This document shows positions 30,001 through 42,569 of a stretch of DNA of 64,000 nt, piece by piece; the stretch's first letter is position 1; the number at the start of each line of letters is the position of its first letter. Below the pieces are notes generated by a model. The model worked only from the letters and a program-made list of their open reading frames with translations. It was not told where the DNA came from and searched no databases. Position numbers and translations under genes: made by a program. Source of the stretch: Raillietiella orientalis (taxonomy: Eukaryota); contig JAYWIR010000057.1 in the NCBI GenBank assembly GCA_036172245.1, forward strand, positions 1-64,000. The letters run 5' to 3'.

Positions 30001-33000
30001 CACCTTAATCACATCCCCACTTCATCCGAATCCCTTCCTCCACGTGGAGAAATCATAAGAGAACCGACCTAATTTCAAAAGGGCAGGATTGGTCTTAGTC
30101 TGGTTTTTATGGCAACCATTTTTGCAATTGAAAGATCGAGATTTTTCCCTCCATCTTCCTTTTTTCAGTGCAAATTTGCAGTGTTTGGTGATTTCAAATA
30201 ATTTTCTATGATGTCGATTCCATCGATGCGCTCCTTCCGAGCATCCGATCGGATTTCTTCCCCTTTGGATGCCAATGCACCTTTATCACATCCCCACTTT
30301 ATCCCAATCCCTTCCTCCACGTGAAGAAATCATAAGAGAACCGACCTAATTTCAAGAGAAGAGGATTGGTCTTAGTCTGGTTTTCATGGCAACCCTTTTT
30401 GCAATGCACAGTTCAAGTTTTTTTCCGTCCACCTTGCTTTTTTCAGTGCAAATTTGCAGTGTTTGGTGATTTCAAATCATTTTCTATGACGTCGATTCCA
30501 CCGATGTGCTCCTTCCGAGCATCCGAACGGTTTCCGTCCACTTTGGATGCAAATGCACCTTTATCACATCCCCACTTCATCCGAATCCCTTCCTAGAGGA
30601 GAAGAAATCATAAGGGAACCGACCTAATTTCAAAAGGGCAGGATTGGTCTTAGTCTGGTTTTCATGGCAACCATTTTTGCAATTCACAGTTCCATTTTTT
30701 TTTCCATGCACCTTCCTCTTTTCAGTGCAAATTTGCAGTGTTTGGTGATTTCAAATCATTTTCTATGATGTCGATTTTATCGATGCCCTCCTTCCGAGCA
30801 TCCGATCGGTATCCGTCCACTTTGGATGCAAATGCACCTTAATCACATCCCCACTTCATCCGAATCCCTTCCTCCACGTGAAGAAATCATAAGAGAACCG
30901 ACCTAATTTCAAAAAAGAAGGATTGGTCTTAGTCTGGTTTTTATGGCAACCATTTTTTCAATTGAAAGATCGAGATTTTTCCCTCCATCTTCCTTTTTTC
31001 AGTGCAAATTTGCAGTGTTTGGTGATTTCAAATAATTTTCTATGATGTCGATTCCATCGATGCGCTCCTTCCGAGCATCCGATCGGATTTCTTCCCCTTT
31101 GGATGCCAATGCACCTTTATCACATCCCCACTTCATCCGAATCCCTTCCTAGAGGAGAAGAAATCATAAGGGAACCGACCTAATTTCAAGAGGGGAGGAT
31201 TGGTCTTAGTCTGGTTTTCATGGCAACCCTGTTTGCAATGCGCAGTACAAATGTTTTTCCCTCCACCTTAATTTTTTCAATACAAATTTGCAGTGTTTGT
31301 TGATTTGAAATCATTTTCCATGATGTCGATTCCATCGATGCGCTCCTTCCGAGCATCCGAACGGTTTCCGTCCACTTTGGAAGCAAATGCACCTTAATCA
31401 CATCCCCACTTCATCCGAATCCCTCCCTCCAGGAGAAGTAATCATTAGAGAACCGACCGAATTTCAAGATCGGAGGATTGGTCTTAGTCTGGTTTTCATG
31501 GCAGCCATTTTTGCAATTCACAGTTCAAGTTTTTTTCCCTCCACCTTCCCTTTTCAGTGCAAATTTGCAGTGTTTGGTGATTTCAAATCATTTTCTATGA
31601 TGTCGATTCCACCGATGCGCTCCTTCCGAGCATCCGAACGGTTTCCGTCCCCTTTGGATGCAAATGCACCTTAATCACATCCCCACTTCATCGGAATCCC
31701 TTCCTCCACGTGAAGAAATCATAAGAGAAGCGACCTAATTTTGAAAGGGCAGGATTGGTCTTAGTCTGGTTTTCATGGCAACCATTTTTGCAATTGAAAG
31801 ATCGAGATTTTTCCCTCCATCTTCCTCTTTTCAGTGCAAATTTGCAGTGTTTGGTGATTTCAAATCATTTTCTATGATGTCGATTCCTTCGATGCGCTCC
31901 TTCCGAGCATCCGATCGGATTCCTTCCCCTATGGATGCCAATGCACCTTTATCACATCCCCACTTCATCCGAATCCCTTCCTCCAGGAGAAGTAATCATA
32001 AGAGAACCGACCGAATTTCAAGAGAAGAGGATTGGTCTTAGTCTGGTTTTCATGGCAACCATTTTTGCAATGCACAGTTCAAGTTTTTTTCCCTCCACCT
32101 TCCTTTTTTCAGTGCAAATTTGCAGTGTTTGGTGATTTCAAATCATTTTCTATGATGTCGATTCCACCGATGCGCTCCTTCCGAGCATCCGAACGGTTTC
32201 CGTCCACTTTGGATGCAAATGCACCTTAATCACATCCCCACTTCATCGGAATCCCTTCCTCCACGTGAAGAAATCATAAGAGAACCGACCTAATTTTGAA
32301 AGGGCAGGATTGGTCTTAGTCTGGTTTTCATGGCAACCATTTTTGCAATTGAAAGATCGAGATTTTTCCCTCCATCTTCCTTTTTTCAGTGCAAATTTGC
32401 AGTGTTTGGTGATTTCAAATAATTTTCTATGATGTCGATTCCATCGATGCGCTCCTTCCGAGCATCCGAACGGTTTCCGTCCACTTTGGATGCAAATGCA
32501 CCTTAATCACATCCCCACTTCATCGGAATCCCTTCCTCCACGTGAAGAAATCATAAGAGAAGCGACCTAATTTTGAAAGGGCAGGATTGGTCTTAGTCTG
32601 GTTTTCATGGCAACCATTTTTGCAATTGAAAGATCGAGATTTTTCCCTCCATCTTCCTCTTTTCAGTGCAAATTTGCAGTGTTTGGTGATTTCAAATCAT
32701 TTTCTATGATGTCGATTCCTTCGATGCGCTCCTTCCGAGCATCCGATCGGATTCCTTCCCCTATGGATGCCAATGCACCTTTATCACATCCCCACTTCAT
32801 CCGAATCCCTTCCTCCAGGAGAAGTAATCATAAGAGAACCGACCGAATTTCAAGAGAAGAGGATTGGTCTTAGTCTGGTTTTCATGGCAACCATTTTTGC
32901 AATGCACAGTTCAAGTTTTTTTCCCTCCACCTTCCTTTTTTCAGTGCAAATTTGCAGTGTTTGGTGATTTCAAATCATTTTCTATGATGTCGATTCCACC

Positions 33001-36000
33001 GATGCGCTCCTTCCGAGCATCCGAACGGTTTCCGTCCACTTTGGATGCAAATGCACCTTAATCACATCCCCACTTCATCGGAATCCCTTCCTCCACGTGA
33101 AGAAATCATAAGAGAACCGACCTAATTTCAAAAGGGCAGGATTGGTCTTAGTCTGGTTTTCATGGCAACCATTTTTGCAATTGAAAGATCGAGATTTTTC
33201 CCTCCATCTTCCTTTTTTCAGTGCAAATTTGCAGTGTTTGGTGATTTCAAATAATTTTCTATGATGTCGATTCCATCGATGCGCTCCTTCCGAGCATCCG
33301 ATCGGATTTCTTCCCCTTTGGATGCCAATGCACCTTTATCACATCCCCACTTCATCCGAATCCCTTCCTCCACGTGAAGAAATCATAAGAGAACCGACCT
33401 AATTTCAAGAGAAGAGGATTGGTCTTAGTCTGGTTTTCATGGCAACCCTTTTTGCAATGCGCAGTTCAAGTTTTTTTCCGTCCACCTTGCTTTTTTCAGT
33501 GCAAATTTGCAGTGTTTGGTGATTTCAAATCATTTTCTATGACGTCGATTCCACCGATGCGCTCCTTCCGAGCATCCGAACGGTTTCCGTCCACTTTGGA
33601 TGCAAATGCACCTTTATCACATCCCCACTTCATCCGAATCCCTTCCTAGAGGAGAAGAAATCATAAGGGAACCGACCTAATTTCAAGAGGGGAGGATTGG
33701 TCTTAGTCTGGTTTTCATGGCAACCCTTTTTGCAATGCGCAGTACAGATGTTTTTCCCTCCACCTTAATTTTTTCAATACAAATTTGCAGTGTTTGGTGA
33801 TTTCAAATCATTTTCTATGATGTCGATTCCATCGATGCGCTCCTTCCGAGCATCCGAACGGATTCCTTCCCCTTTGGATGCAAATGCACCTTTATCACAT
33901 CCCCACTTCATCCGAATCCCTTCCTCCACGTGAAGAAATCATAAGAGAACCGACCTAATTTCAAGAGAAGAGGATTGGTCTTAGTCTGGTTTTCATGGCA
34001 ACCATTTTTGCAATGCACAGTTCAAGTTTTTTTCCGTCCACCTTGCTTTTTTCAGTGCAAATTTGCAGTGCTTGGTGATTTCAAATCATTTTCTATGATG
34101 TCGATTCCATCGATGCCCTCCTTCCGAGCATCCGAACGGTTTCCGTCCACTTTGGATACAAATGCACCTTAATCACATCCCCACTTCATCCGAATCCCTA
34201 ACTCCAGGAAAAAAAATCTTAAGACAAACCGACCTAATTTCAAGTGGGTAGGATTAGTCTTAGTCTGGTTTTCATGGCAACCATTTTTGCAATGCACAGT
34301 TCAAGTTTTTTTCCGTCCACCTTGCTTTTTTCAGTGCAAATTTGCAGTGCTTGGTGATTTCAAATCATTTTCTATGATGTCGATTCCATCGAAGCCCTCC
34401 TTCCGTGCATCCGAACGGTTTCCGTCCACTTTGGATGCAAATGCACCTTAATCACATCCCCACTTCATCCCAATCCCTCCCTCCAGGAGAAGAAATCATA
34501 AGAGAACCGACCGAATTTCAAGAGGGGAGGATTGGTCTTAGTCTGGTTTTCATGGCAACCATTTTTGCAATTGAAAGATCAAGATTTTTCCCTCCATCTT
34601 CCTTTTTTCAGTGCAACTTTGCAGTGTTTGGTGATTTCAAATCATTTTCTATGACGTCGATTCCATCGATGCGCTCCTTCCGAGCATCCGAACGGTTTCC
34701 GTCCACTTTGGATGCAAATGCACCTTAATCACATCCCCACTTCATCCGAAACCCTTCCTCCACGTGAAGAAAGCATAAGAGAACCGACCTAATTTCAAAA
34801 GGGGAGGATTGGTCTAAGTCTCGTTTTCATGGCAACCATTTTAGCAATTCACAGTTCAAGTTTTTTTCCATGCACCTTCCTCTTTTCAGTGCAAATTTGC
34901 AGTGTTTAGTGATTTCAAATCATTTTCTATGATGTCGATTCCTTCGATGCGCTCCTTCCGAGCATCCGATCGGATTCCTTCCCCTTTGGATGCCAATGCA
35001 CCTTTATCACATTTCCACTTCATTCGCATCCCTTCCTCCAGGAGAAGTAATCATAAGAGAACCGACCGAATTTCAAGAGAAGAGGATTGGTCTTAGTCTG
35101 GTTTTCATGGCAACCATTTTTGCAATTGAAAGATCAAGATTTTTCCCTCCATCTTCCTTTTTTCAGTGCAAATTTGCAGTGTTTGGTGATTTCAAATCAT
35201 TTTCTATGATGTCGATTCCTTCGATGCGCTCCTTCCGAGCATCCGAACGGATTCCTTACCCTTTGGATGCAAATATACCTTTATCACATCCCCACTTCAT
35301 CCGAATCCCTCCCTCCAGGAGAAGAAATCATAAGACAACCGACCTAATTTCAAGAGGGTAGGATTGGTCTTAGTCTGGTATTCATGGCAACCATTTTTGC
35401 AATGCACAGTTCAAGTTTTTTTCCGTCCACCTTGCTTTTTTCAGTGCAAATTTTCAGTGTTTGGTGATTTCAAATCATTTTCTATGATGACGATTCCATC
35501 GATGCCCTCCTTGCGAGCATCCGAACGGTTTCCGTCCCCTTTGGATGCCAATGCACCTTTATCACATTCCCACTTCATCCGAATCCCTTCCTCCAGGAGA
35601 AGTAATCATAAGAGAACCGACCCAATTTCAAGAGAAGAGGATTGGTCTTAGTCTGGTTTTCATGGCAACCATTTTTGCAATGCACAGTTCAAGTTTTTTT
35701 CCCTCCACCTTCCTTTTTTCAGTGCAAATTTTCAGTGTTTGGTGATTTCAAATCATTTTCTATGATGACGATTCCATCGATGCGCTCCTTCCGAGCATCC
35801 GAACGGTTTCCGTCCACTTTGGATGCAAATGCACCTTAATCACATCCCCACTTCATCCGAATCCCTTCCTCCACGTGAAGAAATCATAAGAGAACCGACC
35901 TAATTTCAAAAGGGGAGGATTGGTCTTAGTCTGGTTTTCATGGCAACCCTTTTTGCAATGCGCAGTTCAGGTTTTTTCCCCTCCACCTTCCTTTTTTCAG

Positions 36001-39000
36001 CGCAAATTTGCAGTGTTTGGTGATTTCAAATCATTTTCTATGATGTCGATTCCTTCGATGCGCTCCTTCCGAGCATCCGATCGATTTCCGTCCACTTTGG
36101 ATGCAAATGCACCTTAATCACATCCCCACTTCATCCGAATCCCTTCCTCCACGAGAAGAAATCATAAGAGAACCGACCTAATTTCAAAAGGGGAGGATTG
36201 GTCTTAGTCTGGTTTTCATGGCAACCATTTTTGCAATGCAAAGATCAAGTTTTTTTCCCTCCATCTTCCTTTTTTCAGTGCAAATTTGCAGTGTTTGGTG
36301 ATTTCAAATCATTTTCTATGATGTCGATTCCATCGATGCGCTCCTTCCGAGCATCCGAACGGTTTCCGTCCACTTTGGAAGCAAATGCACCTTAATCACA
36401 TCCCCACTTCATCCGAATCCCTCCCTCCAGGAGAAGTAATCATAAGAGAACCGACCGAATTTCAAGAGGGGAGGATTGGTCTTAGTCTGGTTTTCATGGC
36501 AACCATTTTTGCAATGCACAGTTCAAGTTTTTTTCCCTCCACCTTGCTTTTTTCAGTGCAAATTTGCAGTGCTTGGTGATTTCAAATCATTTTCTATGAT
36601 GTCGATTCCATCGATGCGCTCCTTCCGAGCATCCGAACGGTTTCCGTCCCCTTTGGATGCAAATGCACCTTAATCACATCCCCACTTCATCCGAATCCCT
36701 TCCTCCACGAGAAGATATCATAAGAGAACCGACCTAATTTCAAGAGGGGAGGATTGGTCTTAGTCTGGTTTTCATGGCAACCATTTTTGCAATGCAGAGT
36801 TCAAGTTTTTTTCCCTCCACCTTCCTTTTTTCAGTGCAAATTTGCAGTGCTTGGTGATTTCAAATCATTTTCTATGATGTCGATTCCATCGATGCCCTCC
36901 TTCCGAGCATCCGAACGGTTTCCGTCCACTTTGGATGCAAATGCACCTTAATCACATCCCCACTTCTTCCGAATCCCTAACTCCAGGAGAACAAATCTTA
37001 AGACAAACCGACCTAATTTCAAGAGGGTAGGATTAGTCTTAGTCTGGTTTTCATGGCAACCATTTTTGGAATGCACAGTTCAAGTTTTTTTCCGTGTACC
37101 TTGCTTTTTTCAGTGCAAATTTTCAGTGCTTGGTGATTTCAAATCATTTTCTATGACGTCGATTCCATCGATGCCCTCCTTCCGAGCATCCGAACGGTTT
37201 CCGTCCACTTTGGATGCAAATGCACCTTAATCACATCCCCACTTCTTCCGAATCCCTAACTCCAGGAGAAAAAATCTTAAGACAAACCGACCTAATTTCA
37301 AGAGGGTAGGATTAGTCTTAGTCTGGTTTTCATGGCAACCATTTTTGCAATGCACAGTTCAAGTTTTTTTCCGTCCACCTTGCTTTTTTCAGTGCAAATT
37401 TTCAGTGCTTGGTTATTTCAAATCATTTTCTATGATGTCGATTCCATCGATGCGCTCCTTCCGTGCATCCGAACGGTTTCGGTCCACTTTGGATGCAAAT
37501 GCACCTTAATCACATCCCCACTTCATCCCAATCCCTCCCTCCAGGAGAAGAAATCATAAGAGAACCGACCGAATTTCAAGAGGGGAGGATTGGTCTTAGT
37601 CTGGTTTTCATGGCAACCATTTTTGCAATGCACAGTTCAAGTTTTTTTGCGTCCACCTTGCTTTTTTCAGTGCAAATTTGCAGTGTTTGGTGATTTCAAA
37701 TCATTTTCTATGATGTCGATTCCATCGATGCCCTCCTTCCGAGCATCCGAACGGATTCCGTCCACTTTGGATGCAAATGCACCTTAATCACATCCCCACT
37801 TCATCCGAATCCCTCCCTCCAGGAAAAGAAATCATAAGAGAACCGACCGAATTTCAAGAGGGGAGGATTGGTCTTAGTCTGGTTTTCATGGCAACCATTT
37901 TAGCAATTGAAAGATCAAGATTTTTCCCTCCATCTTCCTTTTTTCAGTGCAACTTTGCAGTGTTTGGTGATTTCAAATCATTTTCTATGACGTCGATTCC
38001 ATCGATGCCCTCCTTCCGAGCATCCGAACGGTTTCCGTCCACTTTGGATACAAATGCACCTTAATCACATCCCCACTTCATCCGAATCCCTAACTCCAGG
38101 AAAAAAAATCTTAAGACAAACCGACCTAATTTCAAGAGGGTAGGATTAGTCTTAGTCTGGTTTTCATGGCAACCATTTTTGCAATGCACAGTTCAAGTTT
38201 TTTTCCGTGTACCTTGCTTTTTTCAGTGCAAATTTGCAGTGCTTGGTGATTTCAAATCATTTTCTATGATGTCGATTCCTTCGATGCGCTCCTTCCGAGC
38301 ATCCGAACGGATTCCGTCCACTTTGGATGCAAATGCACCTTAATCACATCCCCACTTCATCCGAATCCCTCCCTCCAGGAAAAGAAATCATAAGAGAACC
38401 GACCGAATTTCAAGAGGGGAGGATTGGTCTTAGTCTGGTTTTCATGGCAACCATTTTAGCAATTGAAAGATCAAGATTTTTCCCTCCATCTTCCTTTTTT
38501 CAGTGCAACTTTGCAGTGTTTGGTGATTTCAAATCATTTTCTATGACGTCGATTCCATCGATGCCCTCCTTCCGAGCATCCGAACGGTTTCCGTCCACTT
38601 TGGATACAAATGCACCTTAATCACATCCCCACTTCATCCGAATCCCTCCCTCCAGGAAAAGAAATCATAAGAGAACCGACCGAATTTCAAGAGGGGAGGA
38701 TTGGTCTTAGTCTGGTTTTCATGGCAACCATTTTAGCAATTGAAAGATCAAGATTTTTCCCTCCATCTTCCTTTTTTCAGTGCAACTTTGCAGTGTTTGG
38801 TGATTTCAAATCATTTTCTATGACGTCGATTCCATCGATGCCCTCCTTCCGAGCATCCGAACGGATTCCGTCCACTTTGGATGCAAATGCACCTTAATCA
38901 CATCCCCACTTCATCCGAATCCCTTCCTCCACGTGAAGAAATCATAAGAGAACCGACCTAATTTCAAAAGGGCAGGATTGGTCTTAGTCTGGTTTTCATG

Positions 39001-39760
39001 GCAACCATTTTTGCAATTCACAGTTCCATTTTTTTTTCCATGCACCTTCCTCTTTTCAGTGCAAATTTGCAGTGTTTGGTGATTTCAAATCATTTTCTAT
39101 GATGTCGATTCCATCGATGCCCTCCTTCCGTGCATCCGAACGGTTTCCTTCCCCTCAGGATGCAAATGCACCTTAATCACATCCCCACTTCATCCCAATC
39201 CCTCTCTCCAGGAGAAGAAATCATAAGAGAACCGACCGAATTTCAAGAGGGTAGGATTAGTCTTAGTCTGGTTTTCATGGCAACCATTTTTGCAATGCAC
39301 AGTTCAAGTTTTTTTCCGTCCACCTTGCTTTTTTCAGTGCAAATTTGCAGTGTTTGGTGATTTCAAATCATTTTCTATGATGTCGATTCCATCGATGCCC
39401 TCCTTCCGTGCATCCGAACGGTTTCCGTCCACTTTGGATGCAAATGCACCTTAATCACATCCCCACTTCATCCCAATCCCTCTCTCCAGGAGAAGAAATC
39501 ATAAGAGAACCGACCGAATTTCAAGAGGGGAGGATTGGTCCTAGTCTGGTTTTGATGGCAACCATTTTTGCAATTGAAAGATCAAGATTTTTCCCTCCAT
39601 CTTCCTTTTTTCAGTGCAAATTTGCTGTCTTTCGTGATTTCAAATCATTTTCTATGATGCCGCTTCCATGCATGCGCTCCTTCCGTGCTTCCGAGCGGAT
39701 TCCTTTCATCGTTGATGCAAATGCACCTTTATCACATTTTCACTGCATCCGCATTAATTG
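1..39760. repeat. Tandem satellite DNA array, ~278-bp monomer, ~143 copies
   Basis: The unit (GGTTTTCATGGCAACC...TGCAAATTTGCA...TGATTTCAAATCATTTTCTATGA...GGATGCAAATGCACC...) recurs continuously. The recurring short ORFs are spaced 278 bp or multiples of it (908, 1186, 1742, 2020, 2298...). 277- and 279-bp indel variants occur. The array continues off the left edge. Confidence 0.99.
95..108. promoter_or_regulatory. RFX X-box-like motif GTTTTCATGGCAAC (representative copy; one per satellite monomer)
   Basis: Matches the degenerate X-box consensus RTHNYYWTRRNRAC at all 14 positions, with one perfect half-site (GTTGCC on the minus strand). Binding is not demonstrated. Confidence 0.4.
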
Positions 39761-40621
39761 GAGAAAGTTAAAAAATCAAAAAAGGCCCAAACTACTTTTT
39801 GGAGGTGCACTTCGTCCTTTGACTTGTTTTCATGGCAACCATTTTTGCTGTGATGATAACTAGTTTATTCTTCCGAAATTCCTTTTGTGATCCAAATTTC
39901 CAGTGTTTTTTGATTCCAAATGATTTCCAACTGCGTCCAATCCACAATTGCTCTTTTTCGGAGCATACTCGCGGGTCACTTTGCACGCTGATGCAACTGC
40001 TGTTTTTTCACATGCCATCTGCATCCGTATCAATCGGAAAAAGTGAAAAAATCACAACATGCCCATACTTATTCAAGGAGGTGCACATTGGTTTTTGTCT
40101 TGTTTTTATAGCAACCTTCTTTGCAATCCACAGATAAAGTTTTTTTCCCCTCCATATCCCTTTTTTTAGGGCAAATTTGCAGTGTTTGGTTATTTGAAAT
40201 GATTTTGAATTCTGTCGATTCCAACACTGTCCTCCTTGGAGCTTTCCTATGCATCCATTTCCTTGGTAATTCAAATTCAATTTTGTAACATCCCTATCCA
40301 TTGAATCCAGTTAAGAAATCACTGGAGGACGTAATTTTACTATGTGTAGGCCCACTGGATTCTTTGCTGTTTTCATGGCAACCAGTTTTGCTATGATAAG
40401 ATAAACCTTTTTCCTCCTTATATCTTGTCTGGTCCAAATTACCTTTGTTTTGTGATATTTAATTTGTAATTTTTCCGTTTCCATAAATGCCCTCTTTCGC
40501 GTGTTCCCTTAGTCTATTTCTACGGAGATGCAATTGCGCATTTATCAAATCCCCGCTGCATCTCAATCTCTTGGAAACTTTGGGAGAATCGGTTGGGTCC
40601 CTTGCTTCTTTAGGGCTGGGC
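39761..40621. repeat. Highly diverged (old) satellite monomers at the array edge
   Basis: Anchors gttttcatggcaac (39826), gtttttatagcaac (40102) and gttttcatggcaac (40369), spaced 276 and 267 bp. Residual gcaaatttgcagtgtttgg at ~40171 and gatgcaa motifs. Confidence 0.9.
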
Positions 40622-41729
40622 CTTAATTAGATCTCCAGGAGTCCGTTTCCGCGTGTGGAAAAATGAACTTTTCCAGCGATGTGAACTTCTGCGTCCGTCG
40701 AGAAAGGAACGCTGTCCAGCCTTTGTGGGAGGTCGTTTCCAATCCTCGAAAGCTCTTGTCCCTGTGTTGCCTTTTTTCAGAGAAGCCAGAGATAGCCAAG
40801 GGCAGTTTTCCTATTTAGTTTCGTGCCACATCGTAGGCAGGAAAAAAAATTGATGAATCCGTGGGCGTCCCGGGAACTAGCGGACGCTACAATCCCGAGT
40901 GTCCCGCCAAATGGAATTGTGTGATGGGAGAGCTGCTCTGCATGTTTCCGGAGAAGGTGAAGTGGCCCCATCGTATTGATACAGTAGCACCCTCTCTTTG
41001 GATTGGCAGGATACGGCGCTGCTTGTGCTCCATTGGGGACTTTCGAGCTGATTACTCCCGTCTCACTGGACACTGGGAGATTGGATGCCCATTGTACAGA
41101 GTGTTGGGAAAGGTAGACCTTCCCCCTCTTACTAATCGAATGTTTTGCCCTCCGTTGCTCGTGTTAGCGACTCTCTTTGGCCATAAGTGTAGAGGTTGGC
41201 GACCCTAAAAACATTTTTCATCGCCTCCTGATACGGAACTCCCTGCCAGCTGCCGCGTCTGTTGCGGTTCCCTGCTGCATACTAGGATTACTGGACACGC
41301 GGAACGCGTCGATAAGAGACCACTGTAGACGTTATGCCATACACTGGGCGGTCATCTCCATGGAGAAGGCTTCCCGCTGGCGCCGGCTGAGTAAAATTCA
41401 TTGAGCGCTTGTTCGTATCCGTATCCAAAGGCAGAGGTCTCCCGTATGCAAACAGTGATCCCTTCTTTTCCCTCCGCTTCCCTTGAAACACTGTTCCTCA
41501 AGCGTTTTTACTTTTTGGGTTTTTTTTTTCTTTTTTTTTCCCGTTCCCTTCGCCAGTGGAGAAGGCCTTACCGGCATACTAGTCGGGAAGGACCATTGCA
41601 TAAGATAAGAAAATGAGAACAATGTGTTCTGACAGGAGCACAAATACAATTAATCAATAATTGACAGCAATTAATAATTGTAAAAATGTTTTTTTCATAA
41701 CAAAAGCCCCGGCTTATCCGGGTGAAAGA
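40622..41729 (+). mobile_element. 5'-truncated Tx1/L1-clade non-LTR retrotransposon (ORF2 C-terminus + 3'UTR)
   Basis: Collinear with 59.9-60.95 kb (ggagaaggtgaagtg, gcccattgt, gccat.cactgg.cg). Degenerate C-terminal zinc finger (CPLYRV), T-rich 3'UTR and terminal motif ATAACAAAAGCCCCGGC. Flanked by TTAGGGCTGGGC / TTAGGGTGGGGC. Confidence 0.85.
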
Positions 41730-42218
41730 TTAGGGTGGGGCACAGTGTCCTCTGCGTGGTTTTCATGGCAGCCAATTTTTGGAAATGAAAAGAGAGAGTT
41801 CTTTTTCACACTGATTCCTTATGTGGTCCGCATTTTCAGTGTTTGCTGTTTTGAAATCAATTCCAAATCCGCTAATCTCACCAATGCACTCTTTCCTTAC
41901 TTATCTATGCATCCATTTCTACGGAGATGCAAATACGCGAAAAACACATCCGCAGTGCATCCTTATCTCTTGGAAACAGTGGAAAAATCAGTTGACACCC
42001 GAACTTCATTAGGGGGGGACACAGTGTAGTCCGTTCTGTTTTCATGGCTACAATTTTTGGAAATGAAAAGATAAAGTTTTGTTTTTTTTTTTTTTTGATT
42101 TATTATGTTGTTCAAATCTCCAGTGTTTTATATTTTAAATCAATCTCAAATCGGCTGAATTCACCATTGCACTCTTGCTCCACTTCACTCCACTCCACTC
42201 ATTTAAATAGAGATGCAA
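41730..42218. repeat. Last ~1.7 diverged satellite monomers
   Basis: gttttcatggcagc (41759) and gttttcatggctac (42038) are 279 bp apart. They share atttctacggagatgcaa and atctcttggaaac with the 40.5-kb monomer. Confidence 0.85.
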
Positions 42219-42569
42219 CGAAAGGCCTTCTCTGTGGTGCCAACGTTTTGGCATGTTTAAAAAGTCGTAGGGATGCTCTTTTCTCACCTCATGTTTTTTT
42301 TATGCGGCTTCTTAGCCTCTGGATTGGGAGCACCGGGACTCTTGATCTTTCTTACCTTTTTATGCCAGGATACCCTTCTTTCCCTTTCCTGAATGGCAGC
42401 ATTCTGCCAGGAAGCTTTAATGTTCCCATTGCTGGCTCTCCTTTCTGTTTTCCAGGATCTCGGTGCACATTGATTTTGTGTGCCTGTGTTTGTTCCAGGG
42501 GTGTCACTCGACCCAGTGACCATCATCTGGCGTCTATTCATCATGTGTTTTTTACAGGAAGCCGTCTAA

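Noticed and set aside
1..39760. CRISPR-like repeat/spacer array
   Set aside because: The whole 278-bp unit repeats with no unique spacers, no cas genes are present, and the context is eukaryotic.
81..39863. Dozens of recurring 60-150 aa ORFs (MVLVWFSWQPFLQ..., MQMHLNHIPTSS...)
   Set aside because: They are translations of the satellite monomer. Stops and 1-bp indels vary freely between copies, many starts are non-ATG, and no domain is recognisable.
40610..40615. TTAGGG telomere-like hexamer at the LINE junctions
   Set aside because: Single copies that belong to the old monomer (also at ~42009); no telomeric tract.
42023..42045. agtgtagtccgttctgttttca resembles the U2 snRNA branch-pairing region
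   Set aside because: The match is short and gapped and lies in register within a degenerate satellite monomer.
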